64,000 nt of DNA, from IMG/VR virus record IMGVR_UViG_3300035454_000688, positions 1-64,000 of that record. One strand, given 5' to 3'. The notes under the pieces are model-generated. The model did no database searches. It was given only the letters and a program-made list of their open reading frames with translations, and had not been told where the DNA came from. Below are positions 8,162 to 18,659 of this stretch, in pieces. The translations under genes and the position numbers were made by a program. The DNA is from a virus. Taxonomy: Duplodnaviria; Caudoviricetes. Every line of letters starts with the position of its first letter. Position 1 is the stretch's first letter.

Positions 8162-11100
8162 TTAACCTCTAATTGAGTTGATTTGTTCTTGTAAGTTATT
8201 TATATGAGTTTGTTGCTCTTTGATTGCTTCGATCAGAAGACCTACCATGTTACCATAATCAACCGATTTAATTCCCTCAGCATCTTCGTAGATAACCTCT
8301 GGTAGAATTTCTTCTACTTCCTGGGCAATAACACCAACCTTGCGCTTTGCCTTGTCTTCTTCCTTAATGCGGTCATCTGTGCGATAGTATGTTACGCCAC
8401 GTAGAGCAAGAGTCTTTTCAAGAGCGTTCTCGATAGTATGTATGTCACGTTTAATACGAACATCTGAGTAAGCAGTGATGTTACCAGAAGCCGTGATAGC
8501 ACCATAGACGTAAAGACCACGGGATCCAGCTTCGCCGATCGCAACGTTAGTACCTGCAGCGGCTCTAATCATTGGCGCGCCTGTTGGGGTATCCCAAACT
8601 TGCCATACGCCGCTAGTTGCAACGTCAAAAGAACATTCGGCGCTAGCGGGAACAATAATGTTTACCGCATTGTTCCACGTAATATCACCGCGCCATGTCT
8701 GCGCACCTAAACTTACAGTGTTCAGATATGAAGTGCTATTGGGGTCGAGATAGAAACCAGTATCGTTATAGTCATAATAAATTGGCGTACGCATATCTGT
8801 GATAGCAATTGTCCTTGCATCAAGCTGCGCGTACATCGAACCGTTCACAATACACAATAGTCCGTGTGTTGACAGTTGCGATGCTGGACCGCCTGCAGAT
8901 GGATACGACCACCAGAGACCATAAGCACCAGATAAGCTAGTACCATCAGCATTGCCCTTATAGGCATCGCCCATTGCGTAAACGCACTGGAAGCGAGTTG
9001 ATGAATATAGACCTACAATACCATGGCCATAGTTTTGGTTAAAATAATGGAAGCCGTTCTGTTGTGATGTAGCCCAATAGGAAGTGTTATTGAGATCCAT
9101 ATAATAGCCAGTGTTATTGCTATCGTAGAAGATAGGAGCACGCCACGATGCGGCATTTTCGCCGTAGACAGTGCCATACATATAACCCGAGTCAAAAATC
9201 TTAAATTCGCCTGTACTAGTCGCATTATACAGAGACATATAATTACTATAGCGTCCAACAAAATCTAAAGCATCGCCACGAAAGCGTATACCAGACTCAG
9301 TAGCACCTGACGAAATAGTAACGTTGCTTAGCGTCGATCTAGTTGCAGCGTTGATAAAGAATGCAGTGTTATCGCTATCATAGAAGATGGGTGCGCGCAT
9401 ATCGCCGGCGGCGGTCACCACTCCACTGGAGTTAATCGTCATTGTATTGGTGCTAGAATTGTTACGGAAGTTGTGGGTGGCGTTGTTGTAGTAGTTGGCC
9501 GGATCGCCACCGCCTAGCCATAACTTTGTTGTACCGGCAGGATCGCAGAACTCCGTCCACGTGTCGCCGTTCAACCGAATTGCTGCGTTACCCGACGAGT
9601 GCTGGATTGTAGCGCCGCGGATAGTCGAAAACACCGATGTACTAGAGGGGTCAGCGAAAAACCCGGTGTTGTCATTATCATAGAAAATAGTAGCACGAAG
9701 ATTGCTGCTATAAGCATTATCGTATAGTGCGAACCTGCTCCATGCTGTAGTTCCGCTGTTGTTAACAGACCTATAGAATGGATTGTTACTAAAGAAGTCA
9801 GCAGCAATCTGCATTGAGAAGTAGTTTCCATCATTGCTGTGCGTAGCAGCAATCATGTGCATCCAACTGCCATTATATGGCCAACCTTCAGCTGTGCTAA
9901 CCGTATCATGTTCGTAGAAACCAGAGTCTACACGTGTAGTGAGATCGGCTCTGTTTGTAGCATCCCCAGCAAATGTTGTCTGCGTACCAAATGTCCCCGT
10001 AGGACCAGTAGGACCAGTTGGACCAGCAGGTCCTTGAGCACCTTGCGCCCCTTGTGGACCCTGCGGACCAGTTGGACCAGCAGGTCCTTGAGCGCCCTGA
10101 GCTCCTTGTGGACCAGGACCACCCGTTGGACCTTGCAATCCTTGTGGACCTGTAGGACCAGCAGGCCCCTGAGGACCCGTAGGACCCTGAGCACCTTGAG
10201 GACCTTGCGCCCCGACAGAACCAGTGAACCCCTTTGGCAGAGATGGAGTTATGCTATTCTCGACGGTTCCAAAAGATGTAGCAAATGTAATTGACCAACC
10301 ATCATTCCACGTATCTTCTGAATAACCACTATAGCCGGCTTGAAACTCTGTCACGAAAACTTGAGGATACGACCATGTGGTGTTTGTCTCACCGATCCAG
10401 ATACAGTTTTTAGAATTCTCGAAACCGTATCTTATAGTTCTTATTGGTTGTCCATCGCTACAGATCTGCTGAGCAAAAAGACTATACCAGCTTCCTGGAC
10501 CATAGTTGTATCCACCAATTTCCCATGTCATAGACTCATTGTCAGCGTATTCATACAGCTTGACTGTCATACGCATCATGGTGCTTGTTCTATAAGCAGG
10601 GAGCTCAATCTTAATAGCGCCGGTTACCGTAGCCGTTCCTGTAGCGTAGCTCGCGCCACCAGGATGAAGAAGTCTCAAGCCACCACCTGTGCTAGTTGAA
10701 ATGCCACCGGCCTCTGTGATGTTATAGCTATTCATATCTACATCAGCTAATGCAGATCCTCCCCACGAACCTGTAAAGCCAATCGGTCCTTGTGGGCCTA
10801 TAGGACCAGTTGCACCTTGAGGACCTTGTGGACCAGTAGCACCCTGAGGTCCTTGAGCACCCAATGACCCAGTAAAGCCGATAGGACCTTGTGGTCCCGT
10901 AGGGCCAGCAGGTCCTTGAGGACCAGTTGCCCCTTGCGGGCCTTGTGCACCAAGAGAACCTGTAAAGCCTATCGGACCCTGTGGACCGGTCGCGCCTTGA
11001 GCGCCTTGAGGCCCCTGTGCCCCTAATGATCCAGTGAAGCCGATATTACCCTGAGGACCTTGTGCTCCGAGAGAACCAGTGAAACCAATGTTCCCCTGAG

Positions 11101-13351
11101 CACCCTGTGGACCTTGAGCTCCAAGTGAACCAGTGAAGCCAGTTGTTCCCTGTGGACCTTGAGCACCTAGAGATCCTGTAAAGCCAATTGCTCCTTGTGG
11201 ACCCTGCGCACCAAGAGAACCAGTAAAGCCGATTGGGCCTTGCGCACCTAACGATCCTGTGAAACCGATCGGACCCTGAGCACCGGTCGAGCCAGTGAAT
11301 CCAGTATCACCCTTGTCACCAGTTCTCGCAAACGTGATGATGACATCTTCTTCGTTGGTAAATGATGTTGCTGTACCACTGACAAAGGAACAACCAACTT
11401 CAAAATAATCCACCTGTTCTGTTACATACGTTATTGTGAATAAGGCAAAATCGTTTGTATCGAACTTATTTGAAACTCTAAAGTGACCCTTGATTGTAGA
11501 CGTACTATCATCAATCGTTCTAAGGAACGTTTGTATGTCAAAAGGACCATCTTGCTCATCATCGATGAACATTGTGTTGGCAAGTGAAACATTTGCGTTG
11601 TTAAACTGTAATTTACCAGCACTGCCCGCACCGACGAAAGTAGATGAGTCGAACGTATAATCAAACGTGGCACCACCAAAGCTACCATCGTTACCCTTCG
11701 ATCCTGTAAAGCCAATAGGACCCTGTGGACCAGTAGCCCCCTGAGGTCCTTGCGCACCGGTCGAACCATTAAAACCAGTCGTTCCCTGTGGCCCTGTTGC
11801 ACCAGCGGAACCAGTGAAACCAATAGATCCTTGAGGTCCTGTTGCACCTTGTGCACCGACAGAACCGGTATAACCTTGAGGACCATATGCATAAAGGGCC
11901 GCAGTAAAGAATGTTCCGGCAGCAGAGCCATTAATATTCTGTGATGTTGGGTTTGCAGTATAAGCAGTTATTTCTACGTAATCGGTGGACCCATCGAAAT
12001 AAGCAATAGTCGATACTGACTGCGAGAGCCCAATAACGTTAGTAATTGTATCTTGAGTAATGGTTAACTGAGTAGAACCGTTTTTTCTGATCTGGACATT
12101 AACCTGATTATTTGTAATACTGCCGGCGTCCCACCATACAGAAGCATCAAGACTATAATATCCAGCAACCGTTGGTTGGAACTTATTAGATGCAAACCAA
12201 CCGTTAGGATCAAAATCATCAACTAATGTAACGACAGCATCTGCACCGGAGGTGACTGTTTGTCCTGAACCATTCTTAGTAGCGCGAACAACATACGAAC
12301 CTGGTGTAAGCTGGCCGCCGTCAGTGCCCTTAGATCCAGTATAACCAATATCACCCTTAGAACCAGTAAAGCCAGTATTTCCCTGTGTGCCCTGCGGACC
12401 AGTTGCACCTTGCGCGCCTTGCGATCCAGTGAAACCGATATTACCCTGAGGCCCCTGAGCACCAAGAGAACCCGTAAAGCCGATAGGACCTTGTGGACCG
12501 GTCGCTCCTTGAGCGCCTTGAGGCCCCTGCGCACCCAACGACCCCGTGAAGCCAATCGGACCCTGAGCACCCGTCGAGCCAGTGAATCCAGTATCGCCAC
12601 GATCACCGGCTACAATAAACGAAATAACAACATTAGAACCATTTGCAAGAGGAGTAGAGTTACCAGAAACATATGCTACAGGAACATCAAAATGGTTGCC
12701 GTGATCAATATGCGTACCGGTGATATTGAAAACAATAAAGTTAGCAACATTGGCTTCTTCAGTAAGTTTAATCGATCCCTTAATATCTGAAGTCGAATCG
12801 TCAATTGTCTGAATGAACGATGTAATATCAACAGCATTCCTATCAAAAATAGAAATACCCATTACTTCCGCCTGCGTAGGGTTCGTATTCGTTAATAGCA
12901 CATAGCCGTTTGCAATGTTTTCAATAAAGGTATCAGTCGACCACTGGTAGTAGAATGAAGCACCACCAAATCCGCCATCGGCTCCTTTTGAACCAGTAAA
13001 TCCAGATACGCCTTGTGATCCAGTAAAACCTTGAGAGCCAACAAACCCTTGGATACCCTGCGATCCAGTAAACCCAGGATTGTTCGACCAGTATACCGCA
13101 CTACCGTTTGATACTAGCGCTTGGCCATCCGTACCACTTGATCCATTAGCTGAAATGGATCCTACGCTCAGTGATGTAAGATTGGCCCCTACTTCGAAAG
13201 ATACCGAGCCGTTGGAAGAGAAGACTTTTTGATCAGTAAGATTGACTGCAAACTCACCAGCATCAATAAAAGCATTGTTACTTGAGTTGGTTGTGTTTGG
13301 CGTGCGACCAGATATGGTGGTGCGCTTGAACTGAATCTTGTTATTAGCCAT
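8162..13351 (-). CDS. long tail fibre with collagen-like repeats and C-terminal intramolecular chaperone (peptidase S74-like)
   Basis: Gly-X-Y tracts ([11 protein letters not shown]); YSDVRIKRDI...GVIAQEVEEILPEVI...VDYGNMVGLLIEAIKEQQ chaperone signature; GGAG favours start at MANNK 13351. Confidence 0.88.
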   Translation of the reverse strand: MANNKIQFKRTTISGRTPNTTNSSNNAFIDAGEFAVNLTDQKVFSSNGSVSFEVGANLTSLSVGSISANGSSGTDGQALVSNGSAVYWSNNPGFTGSQGIQGFVGSQGFTGSQGVSGFTGSKGADGGFGGASFYYQWSTDTFIENIANGYVLLTNTNPTQAEVMGISIFDRNAVDITSFIQTIDDSTSDIKGSIKLTEEANVANFIVFNITGTHIDHGNHFDVPVAYVSGNSTPLANGSNVVISFIVAGDRGDTGFTGSTGAQGPIGFTGSLGAQGPQGAQGATGPQGPIGFTGSLGAQGPQGNIGFTGSQGAQGATGPQGTQGNTGFTGSKGDIGYTGSKGTDGGQLTPGSYVVRATKNGSGQTVTSGADAVVTLVDDFDPNGWFASNKFQPTVAGYYSLDASVWWDAGSITNNQVNVQIRKNGSTQLTITQDTITNVIGLSQSVSTIAYFDGSTDYVEITAYTANPTSQNINGSAAGTFFTAALYAYGPQGYTGSVGAQGATGPQGSIGFTGSAGATGPQGTTGFNGSTGAQGPQGATGPQGPIGFTGSKGNDGSFGGATFDYTFDSSTFVGAGSAGKLQFNNANVSLANTMFIDDEQDGPFDIQTFLRTIDDSTSTIKGHFRVSNKFDTNDFALFTITYVTEQVDYFEVGCSFVSGTATSFTNEEDVIITFARTGDKGDTGFTGSTGAQGPIGFTGSLGAQGPIGFTGSLGAQGPQGAIGFTGSLGAQGPQGTTGFTGSLGAQGPQGAQGNIGFTGSLGAQGPQGNIGFTGSLGAQGPQGAQGATGPQGPIGFTGSLGAQGPQGATGPQGPAGPTGPQGPIGFTGSLGAQGPQGATGPQGPQGATGPIGPQGPIGFTGSWGGSALADVDMNSYNITEAGGISTSTGGGLRLLHPGGASYATGTATVTGAIKIELPAYRTSTMMRMTVKLYEYADNESMTWEIGGYNYGPGSWYSLFAQQICSDGQPIRTIRYGFENSKNCIWIGETNTTWSYPQVFVTEFQAGYSGYSEDTWNDGWSITFATSFGTVENSITPSLPKGFTGSVGAQGPQGAQGPTGPQGPAGPTGPQGLQGPTGGPGPQGAQGAQGPAGPTGPQGPQGAQGAQGPAGPTGPTGPTGTFGTQTTFAGDATNRADLTTRVDSGFYEHDTVSTAEGWPYNGSWMHMIAATHSNDGNYFSMQIAADFFSNNPFYRSVNNSGTTAWSRFALYDNAYSSNLRATIFYDNDNTGFFADPSSTSVFSTIRGATIQHSSGNAAIRLNGDTWTEFCDPAGTTKLWLGGGDPANYYNNATHNFRNNSSTNTMTINSSGVVTAAGDMRAPIFYDSDNTAFFINAATRSTLSNVTISSGATESGIRFRGDALDFVGRYSNYMSLYNATSTGEFKIFDSGYMYGTVYGENAASWRAPIFYDSNNTGYYMDLNNTSYWATSQQNGFHYFNQNYGHGIVGLYSSTRFQCVYAMGDAYKGNADGTSLSGAYGLWWSYPSAGGPASQLSTHGLLCIVNGSMYAQLDARTIAITDMRTPIYYDYNDTGFYLDPNSTSYLNTVSLGAQTWRGDITWNNAVNIIVPASAECSFDVATSGVWQVWDTPTGAPMIRAAAGTNVAIGEAGSRGLYVYGAITASGNITAYSDVRIKRDIHTIENALEKTLALRGVTYYRTDDRIKEEDKAKRKVGVIAQEVEEILPEVIYEDAEGIKSVDYGNMVGLLIEAIKEQQTHINNLQEQINSIRG
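11271..12595 (-). repeat. 38-bp near-identical direct repeats (11271-11308 and 12558-12595) inside the tail fibre
   Basis: ggaccctgagcacc(c/g)gtcgagccagtgaatccagtatc, 37/38 identical; each follows a paralogous globular module. Confidence 0.75.
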
Positions 13352-13397
13352 GTGGCTCTCCAAAGGTAGATATATATCTTACAGGCCAACTATTTAG

Positions 13398-13425
13398 TTG
13401 ACTTTATTCCAATTCTATTTATAAT
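13398..13425. promoter_or_regulatory. overlapping divergent promoters: sigma70-type (plus) and T4 late (minus)
   Basis: Plus: TTGACT(13398)-16 bp-TATAAT(13420-25). Minus: TATAAATA at 13423-13416. Confidence 0.7.
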
Positions 13426-13431
13426 GGTAAC

Positions 13432-15465
13432 ATGATGAAGATTGCTTTTATTGATACACTAGGCCTGACATATGACGGCTCCACACTCTCGAAGAGAGGT
13501 CTTGGAGGATCTGAGTCCGCCGTTATTCGTATGGCCGAAGAACTTACCAAGATTGGCTTTGATGTTACAGTCTTTAACGATTGTACATCTGATGATTCGA
13601 ATCCAGGTCGTTATGATGGCGTTAACTATTGTCCTTTGAATGAATTACATTCTGGCAGCGGATTCGATGTATGTATAGTATCACGTTCAGTAAAGCCGAT
13701 TGCAGAAGATTGGCATGTAATTCAAAAGTCGCGGCATGTCTGCCTTTGGATGCACGATACGTTCTGTGAAGGTGACGATCAGATCGAATATCTTGTTAAT
13801 ATCGGCAAGCTCCAAGAGATCTTCACACTCTCCGACTGGCACACGGGTTATGTCACCCACTGTGATCATGGATTCCGCCGTAACTTCGATGTTTTGAAGA
13901 ATCATATTTTCATGACTCGTAATGGTATCGGCAATATGAATCCTGGCTGGATTGATGTCCGTGACAAGGATCCAAACCTGTTTGTCTTCAATGCATCTGT
14001 TACAAAGGGTATGATTCCTCTTGTGAAGCAGATCTGGCCCGAAGTGAAACGTAGGATCCCTGAAGCTAGGCTGAAGATCATCGGCGGCTTCTACAAGTTC
14101 CGCGAAGCAGCTGGTCCGGACCAGCAGCAGAAGGACTGGACTGAGCTCATGCTGCAGTATGGTCGTGATATTGAATTCACTGGCGTGATCACTCAACAAG
14201 AGATCTCAGATATCCTGCGCAAAGCATCCTACATGATCTATCCTGTAGGCTTCCCAGAGACGTTCGGCATCTCGACTCTTGAAGCCCTGGCTCACAACGT
14301 TCCGTTGATCACATGTCAGTTTGGAGCTCTTGAAGAAACTGCAATTGATCTGGCATCATGGAAGATCAAGTATCCTGTCGAAAAGAACTGGGCGATGCAG
14401 TGGCTCAACGAAGAATCGCAAGTCAATCTGTTCGTCGATAAGGTCGTAGAGGCCTACAACACACCCTACCTACATCAGCAGAAGATGTATGCATGCAATC
14501 AGATCAAAGATATCTGTACATGGGATACCGTTGCCCTACAATGGAAGCAACATTTGTATAAGAAGCTCGGTGAGTATCTGCCAATCTATGAATACCGTAA
14601 GGTGACGAAGATCAACGACAAGGTTCGTAGAGTCTTCAATCGGCGCTTCATAAGCCCCGAAGAGCTACAGCCAGCAAAGATCTCAGATGAAAAATCTATA
14701 GCAGTCATTACACCTGTCTACAATGCAGAGTCATACATTGAAAAGTGTATCAGATCAGTAGCTGCACAGGAATATACCGACTATCACATGTATATTATCG
14801 ATGACTGCTCAGGAGACAATACAGTAAAGATCGCAAGGGAAACTATTGCCTCTCTTCCAGTATGGCAACGTTATCACTTTAGTGTTTTTGAAAACGAAGA
14901 GAATGTTGGAGCTGTTGCAAACCACTTCGATACGATTAAGCAGCTAATAACAGAACAAGTCGTTATACTTCTTGATGGGGATGATTCGCTTGTCAACGAT
15001 CCCAACATCTTCCATATGTACAACAACCTCTATCATGAAGGTGCAGAGTTTACATATGGATCGTGTTGGTCAATGGTTGACAACATTCCATTGATTGCAC
15101 AAGAGTATCCTCCGGAAGTCAAGGCCAACAAAACCTATCGCGACTATAAGTTCGCGTGGAATATGCCATACACACATCTGCGCACGTTCAAGTCATCGCT
15201 AGTCAAAACCCTGACAAGAGAGGATCTGCAGATCGATGGCGACTGGCCAAGAGCTGGTGGAGACACTGCGCTGTTCTACTACCTGCTTGAGAAAGCTGAT
15301 CCAGAAAAGGTTGTCTGCGTGACAGATATAGTGTACAACTATAATGACATGAACCCCCTGAACGACTACAAGGTCAACTCAGATGAGCAGACAGCAACTT
15401 CTCAGAAGATTATTGCTAAACCATCTCCATTTGCTCCAGGACAGATTGATCTGAGACCCCTATGA
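13432..15465 (+). CDS. two-domain glycosyltransferase (GT-B/GT4-like + GT-A/GT2-like)
   Basis: GLGGSESAV and ETFGISTLEALA (GT-B); VITPVYNAESYIEKCIRSV, IIDDCSGD, LLDGDD (GT2). Confidence 0.85.
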   Translation: MMKIAFIDTLGLTYDGSTLSKRGLGGSESAVIRMAEELTKIGFDVTVFNDCTSDDSNPGRYDGVNYCPLNELHSGSGFDVCIVSRSVKPIAEDWHVIQKSRHVCLWMHDTFCEGDDQIEYLVNIGKLQEIFTLSDWHTGYVTHCDHGFRRNFDVLKNHIFMTRNGIGNMNPGWIDVRDKDPNLFVFNASVTKGMIPLVKQIWPEVKRRIPEARLKIIGGFYKFREAAGPDQQQKDWTELMLQYGRDIEFTGVITQQEISDILRKASYMIYPVGFPETFGISTLEALAHNVPLITCQFGALEETAIDLASWKIKYPVEKNWAMQWLNEESQVNLFVDKVVEAYNTPYLHQQKMYACNQIKDICTWDTVALQWKQHLYKKLGEYLPIYEYRKVTKINDKVRRVFNRRFISPEELQPAKISDEKSIAVITPVYNAESYIEKCIRSVAAQEYTDYHMYIIDDCSGDNTVKIARETIASLPVWQRYHFSVFENEENVGAVANHFDTIKQLITEQVVILLDGDDSLVNDPNIFHMYNNLYHEGAEFTYGSCWSMVDNIPLIAQEYPPEVKANKTYRDYKFAWNMPYTHLRTFKSSLVKTLTREDLQIDGDWPRAGGDTALFYYLLEKADPEKVVCVTDIVYNYNDMNPLNDYKVNSDEQTATSQKIIAKPSPFAPGQIDLRPL

Positions 15466-16727
15466 AAAAGATTCTAATTGCAATCCCAACAGCCCGCTAC
15501 ATCGAGGCAGAGACCTTCAAGTCCATCTATGATCTAGAGGTTCCGGAAGGTTATGAGGTTGAGTTTCAATACTTCTATGGATATAGAGTCGACCAGGTTC
15601 GCAATCTGATTGCAGACTGGGTTGTTCGTGGCTTCGACTATCTGTTCTCTGTCGACCACGACATTACATTCCCATCAGACACACTAAAGAAACTTCTTGC
15701 TCACGACAAGGATCTTGTATCGGGAGTCTATAGACAAAGACTCGAGCCCCAGATGCTTGAGATCTATGAGCCGTTTGGCACACGTATGTCCACCGAAGAT
15801 CTTTATTCCAGAGATTGGAATCTTGTCGGAATCGGAGGCTGTGGCTTCGGTTGTGTGCTTGTCAAGAAACAAGTTCTAGTAGGTGTGGGATATCCACAAT
15901 TTGAATATCACCATGCTCTGAATCACAACGATACAATCAGCGAGGACACAGACTTCTGTAAGAAGGCTATATCCAAGGGCTTTAGTCTGTGGTGTGACCC
16001 ATCTGTACTATGTGGTCACATTGGATCCACAACGATGCATGTAGAAGTTCCAAAGGTCAATCCAGTCGAAGCAAGACTGAGAGAGTTGTCGCTCAGAGAT
16101 GATCAGCCAAAAGATCATGTGGACTATCTCAATGGCATGATGCTAGAAGGTGTTCAACCTAAAGTCATTTACGACATTGGTGCCTGTGTAATGCACTGGA
16201 CAAAGGAAGCTAGGAAGATCTGGCCAAAGGCCAAGATTGTAATGTTCGATGCAATGGATCATGCTGAGTTCTTATACAAAGAATCGGGCTTAGATTACTA
16301 TTGTGATGGTCCTGTGGGAGACTTTACGCGTTGGGTAAAATATTATGAAAACCCAATGGATCCTGCTGGCAACTCTATCTTCAAGGAAGACACACCACAC
16401 TTCACAGAAGAACATGCGGTCGACAAGAAGATGAGGTCGCTCGACGATATCGCATCTGAAAAGGGGTGGGCCAAACCTGACCTTATCAAGATCGATGCGC
16501 AAGGCGCCGAATTGTTGGTTCTAGTCGGCGCGGAAGAAACACTCTCGGAATGTCAAGACATTATCATAGAGATGCAACACCAGGAATACAATCTAGGTGC
16601 GCCACAAAAAGAAGTGGTGACTGAATACCTGAATTCTATGGGGTTTGAGCTAGTTGATCAGATCCATATCGGACAGGTCGATGGTGACTACCACTTTAGG
16701 CGTCAGAAGGCTTTGCCTTCTTCTTAA
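15462..16727 (+). CDS. GT2-like glycosyltransferase fused to FkbM-family methyltransferase
   Basis: FSVDHD DxD-like, GCGFGCVLVK, SEDTDFC; C-terminal IYDIGA...LDDI...PDLIKIDAQGAELLVLVG. Confidence 0.82.
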   Translation: MKKILIAIPTARYIEAETFKSIYDLEVPEGYEVEFQYFYGYRVDQVRNLIADWVVRGFDYLFSVDHDITFPSDTLKKLLAHDKDLVSGVYRQRLEPQMLEIYEPFGTRMSTEDLYSRDWNLVGIGGCGFGCVLVKKQVLVGVGYPQFEYHHALNHNDTISEDTDFCKKAISKGFSLWCDPSVLCGHIGSTTMHVEVPKVNPVEARLRELSLRDDQPKDHVDYLNGMMLEGVQPKVIYDIGACVMHWTKEARKIWPKAKIVMFDAMDHAEFLYKESGLDYYCDGPVGDFTRWVKYYENPMDPAGNSIFKEDTPHFTEEHAVDKKMRSLDDIASEKGWAKPDLIKIDAQGAELLVLVGAEETLSECQDIIIEMQHQEYNLGAPQKEVVTEYLNSMGFELVDQIHIGQVDGDYHFRRQKALPSS

Positions 16728-16890
16728 TACGCTCAAGTTCCTGAACAGTTTGTTCGTGTTCGGCTTGGAGGCTGGCGAGACTCTTTTCGAGTAGCGCCAG
16801 CCTCGCTTCGTGAAGAACGTTTTTACTTACGGCGTCATGGAGATTCACTGTCAGACGATTGATGTACTCATTAACAAATTCAGCTTCCAT
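16696..16890 (-). CDS. small coiled-coil hypothetical protein
   Basis: 64-aa ORF following the fibre gene in the same operon. Confidence 0.55.
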   Translation of the reverse strand: MEAEFVNEYINRLTVNLHDAVSKNVLHEARLALLEKSLASLQAEHEQTVQELERIKKKAKPSDA

Positions 16891-16892
16891 TA

Positions 16893-18383
16893 TTAAAAGG
16901 CTCCCCCATCGAGTGTTCCATACACTACCGATGTTCCGTTTGATTGTAGAACGTAGCCGTCTGTTCCGACAGCCAGGTTTGTCATTCCGTTAGTTGAGTT
17001 GCCTACAAGGATACCACCATCTGTCAATGTGGACAGCTTGATAGTGTTTGCAGAGATGGCAACGTTGATAATCGAGTTAGCAGTGATGTTGAAGTTGCTG
17101 CTATTCGAAACCAGAGCTCCTGAGTTTAGGTAAGCCTCGAGAACAGCTGTTCCGTATCCAACCCCACCAGTATCAACTGTTGTTGAAGGCTCTACTTCGA
17201 GAGCTGTAAAGAGCTTGTATATGCCGTCCGTAGCGTCACGGAACAAACCAGTATAACGCGTGCCACCATTGGTGTACATACCGTATAGACCAACGTCGAC
17301 GATGTCAGCACCGTTACCGTTAGCTAACTTGATCAGTGGATCTTCGATGGTAAGGTTGGTGGTATCGATTGTAGTTAGTGTGCCCGATACTGTCAGGTTA
17401 CCCGAAAGCGAAAGGTCTGTAATAGATAGAGCGGTGTTAACATGGATACCAGATGTGTTAACTGTGAGTGTGGATCCAGTAGTGACACCAACAGAATCTG
17501 CTGCAACGCTAATACCGTTTGCAGCTGCAACATTGAGAGTCAGATCACCAGTTGTTCCACCACCAGTAAGACCGTCACCAGCAACAACTGATGTGATGTC
17601 GGCAAGGGTGTTAGCCCAGTATACTGATGAGCCGTTCGAGTGGAGAACCTGACCAGCTACACCAACTTCACCGTTTGCGCCAAGGCCGATACCGGCGCCG
17701 ACAGTTACCTGAGTGGCGTTTGCAATGAAAGCTGTTCCGACAGACACGGCCGCTGCGTTGACAAGGCCAGTTGTGTAAACACCTGTGCCGTTAGCAATAA
17801 CAGCTGAACCAACGGTAACAGCAAGAGCATTGACAGTAGCACTTGCAAACAAGTTGGCTGTCGTGATTGTGGTACCGTTCGCTGTAGAGAAAACAGTGGT
17901 GTTACCAACAGCAAAGTCGCTGGCGTTAATCTTACCGCCAACGCCCAAGCCACCAGTGATTACAATTGCGCCCGTAGTGTTGTTGGCACTATCTATGATG
18001 CTAGTGAATGTGTGAGTGTTTGTCCACGCATAAGTTGCGTTGACGTTAATCGAGACAGCGCCCTGTGGAAGCCAGTATGTGTTACCACTTGCATCTACCG
18101 ACAGCAGATAGCCTGCGCCAGGGCTTGCGACACCGTTCGCTGTGATTGTCTGAACAACAACGTTACCAGCAATGACCTTGTCGATGCCGGAAGTAGAGTT
18201 GGCTACAAGAGCCTGGTTGGCAGTCAGCGTACCAGGGCTTCTTGCTCCGCCAATTGCTGTAACTCCACCGAAGTTACCAATGAAAAGTACGTCTGAGTTG
18301 CCAGAAAAGGCTAGTTCACCGTTAGATAATGATGTAGGAGTAGCTGTAATTTCTGACCGTTTAATCTGAATTAGATTGGCCAT
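16893..18383 (-). CDS. tail-fibre-like virion protein
   Basis: IQIKRS...GELAFS N-terminus similar to the long fibre; Thr/Gly/Ala-rich; ends LDGGAF. Confidence 0.65.
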   Translation of the reverse strand: MANLIQIKRSEITATPTSLSNGELAFSGNSDVLFIGNFGGVTAIGGARSPGTLTANQALVANSTSGIDKVIAGNVVVQTITANGVASPGAGYLLSVDASGNTYWLPQGAVSINVNATYAWTNTHTFTSIIDSANNTTGAIVITGGLGVGGKINASDFAVGNTTVFSTANGTTITTANLFASATVNALAVTVGSAVIANGTGVYTTGLVNAAAVSVGTAFIANATQVTVGAGIGLGANGEVGVAGQVLHSNGSSVYWANTLADITSVVAGDGLTGGGTTGDLTLNVAAANGISVAADSVGVTTGSTLTVNTSGIHVNTALSITDLSLSGNLTVSGTLTTIDTTNLTIEDPLIKLANGNGADIVDVGLYGMYTNGGTRYTGLFRDATDGIYKLFTALEVEPSTTVDTGGVGYGTAVLEAYLNSGALVSNSSNFNITANSIINVAISANTIKLSTLTDGGILVGNSTNGMTNLAVGTDGYVLQSNGTSVVYGTLDGGAF

Positions 18384-18393
18384 CTTCTATCCT

Positions 18394-18657
18394 TTAAAAA
18401 GTTCCTCCATCCAATCCGGATGCACCAAGGTCGATTAGTTTAACTTCATATTTATCTAAACTAGCATTGTACACTAGAGTAGCACCTTCGACCACATTGG
18501 TCTCCACAACATCAGCAATATCCTCGATAGATCTGATCTCATTAATTTGATTCTTTAATGTAACGCCAGGAGCGGCCGAGTTCAATCGACCGTCAGACTT
18601 TGCTACAGCTATGATGCTATTGCTAACTCTTCCTGTGAGTGAAGCTCTTAGTGCCAT
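18394..18657 (-). CDS. small virion-associated hypothetical protein
   Basis: DVVETNVVEGATLVYNASLDKYE motif; ends LDGGTF. Confidence 0.55.
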   Translation of the reverse strand: MALRASLTGRVSNSIIAVAKSDGRLNSAAPGVTLKNQINEIRSIEDIADVVETNVVEGATLVYNASLDKYEVKLIDLGASGLDGGTF

Positions 18658-18659
18658 TC

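Noticed and set aside
9990-12600. CRISPR-like or tandem DNA repeat array
   Set aside because: The repeats are degenerate 9-bp-period codons of Gly-X-Y collagen with no constant repeat/unique spacer pattern, and no cas genes are present
8162-13351. Diversity-generating retroelement targeting the fibre
   Set aside because: No reverse transcriptase in the window and no repeat pair differing specifically at adenines was seen
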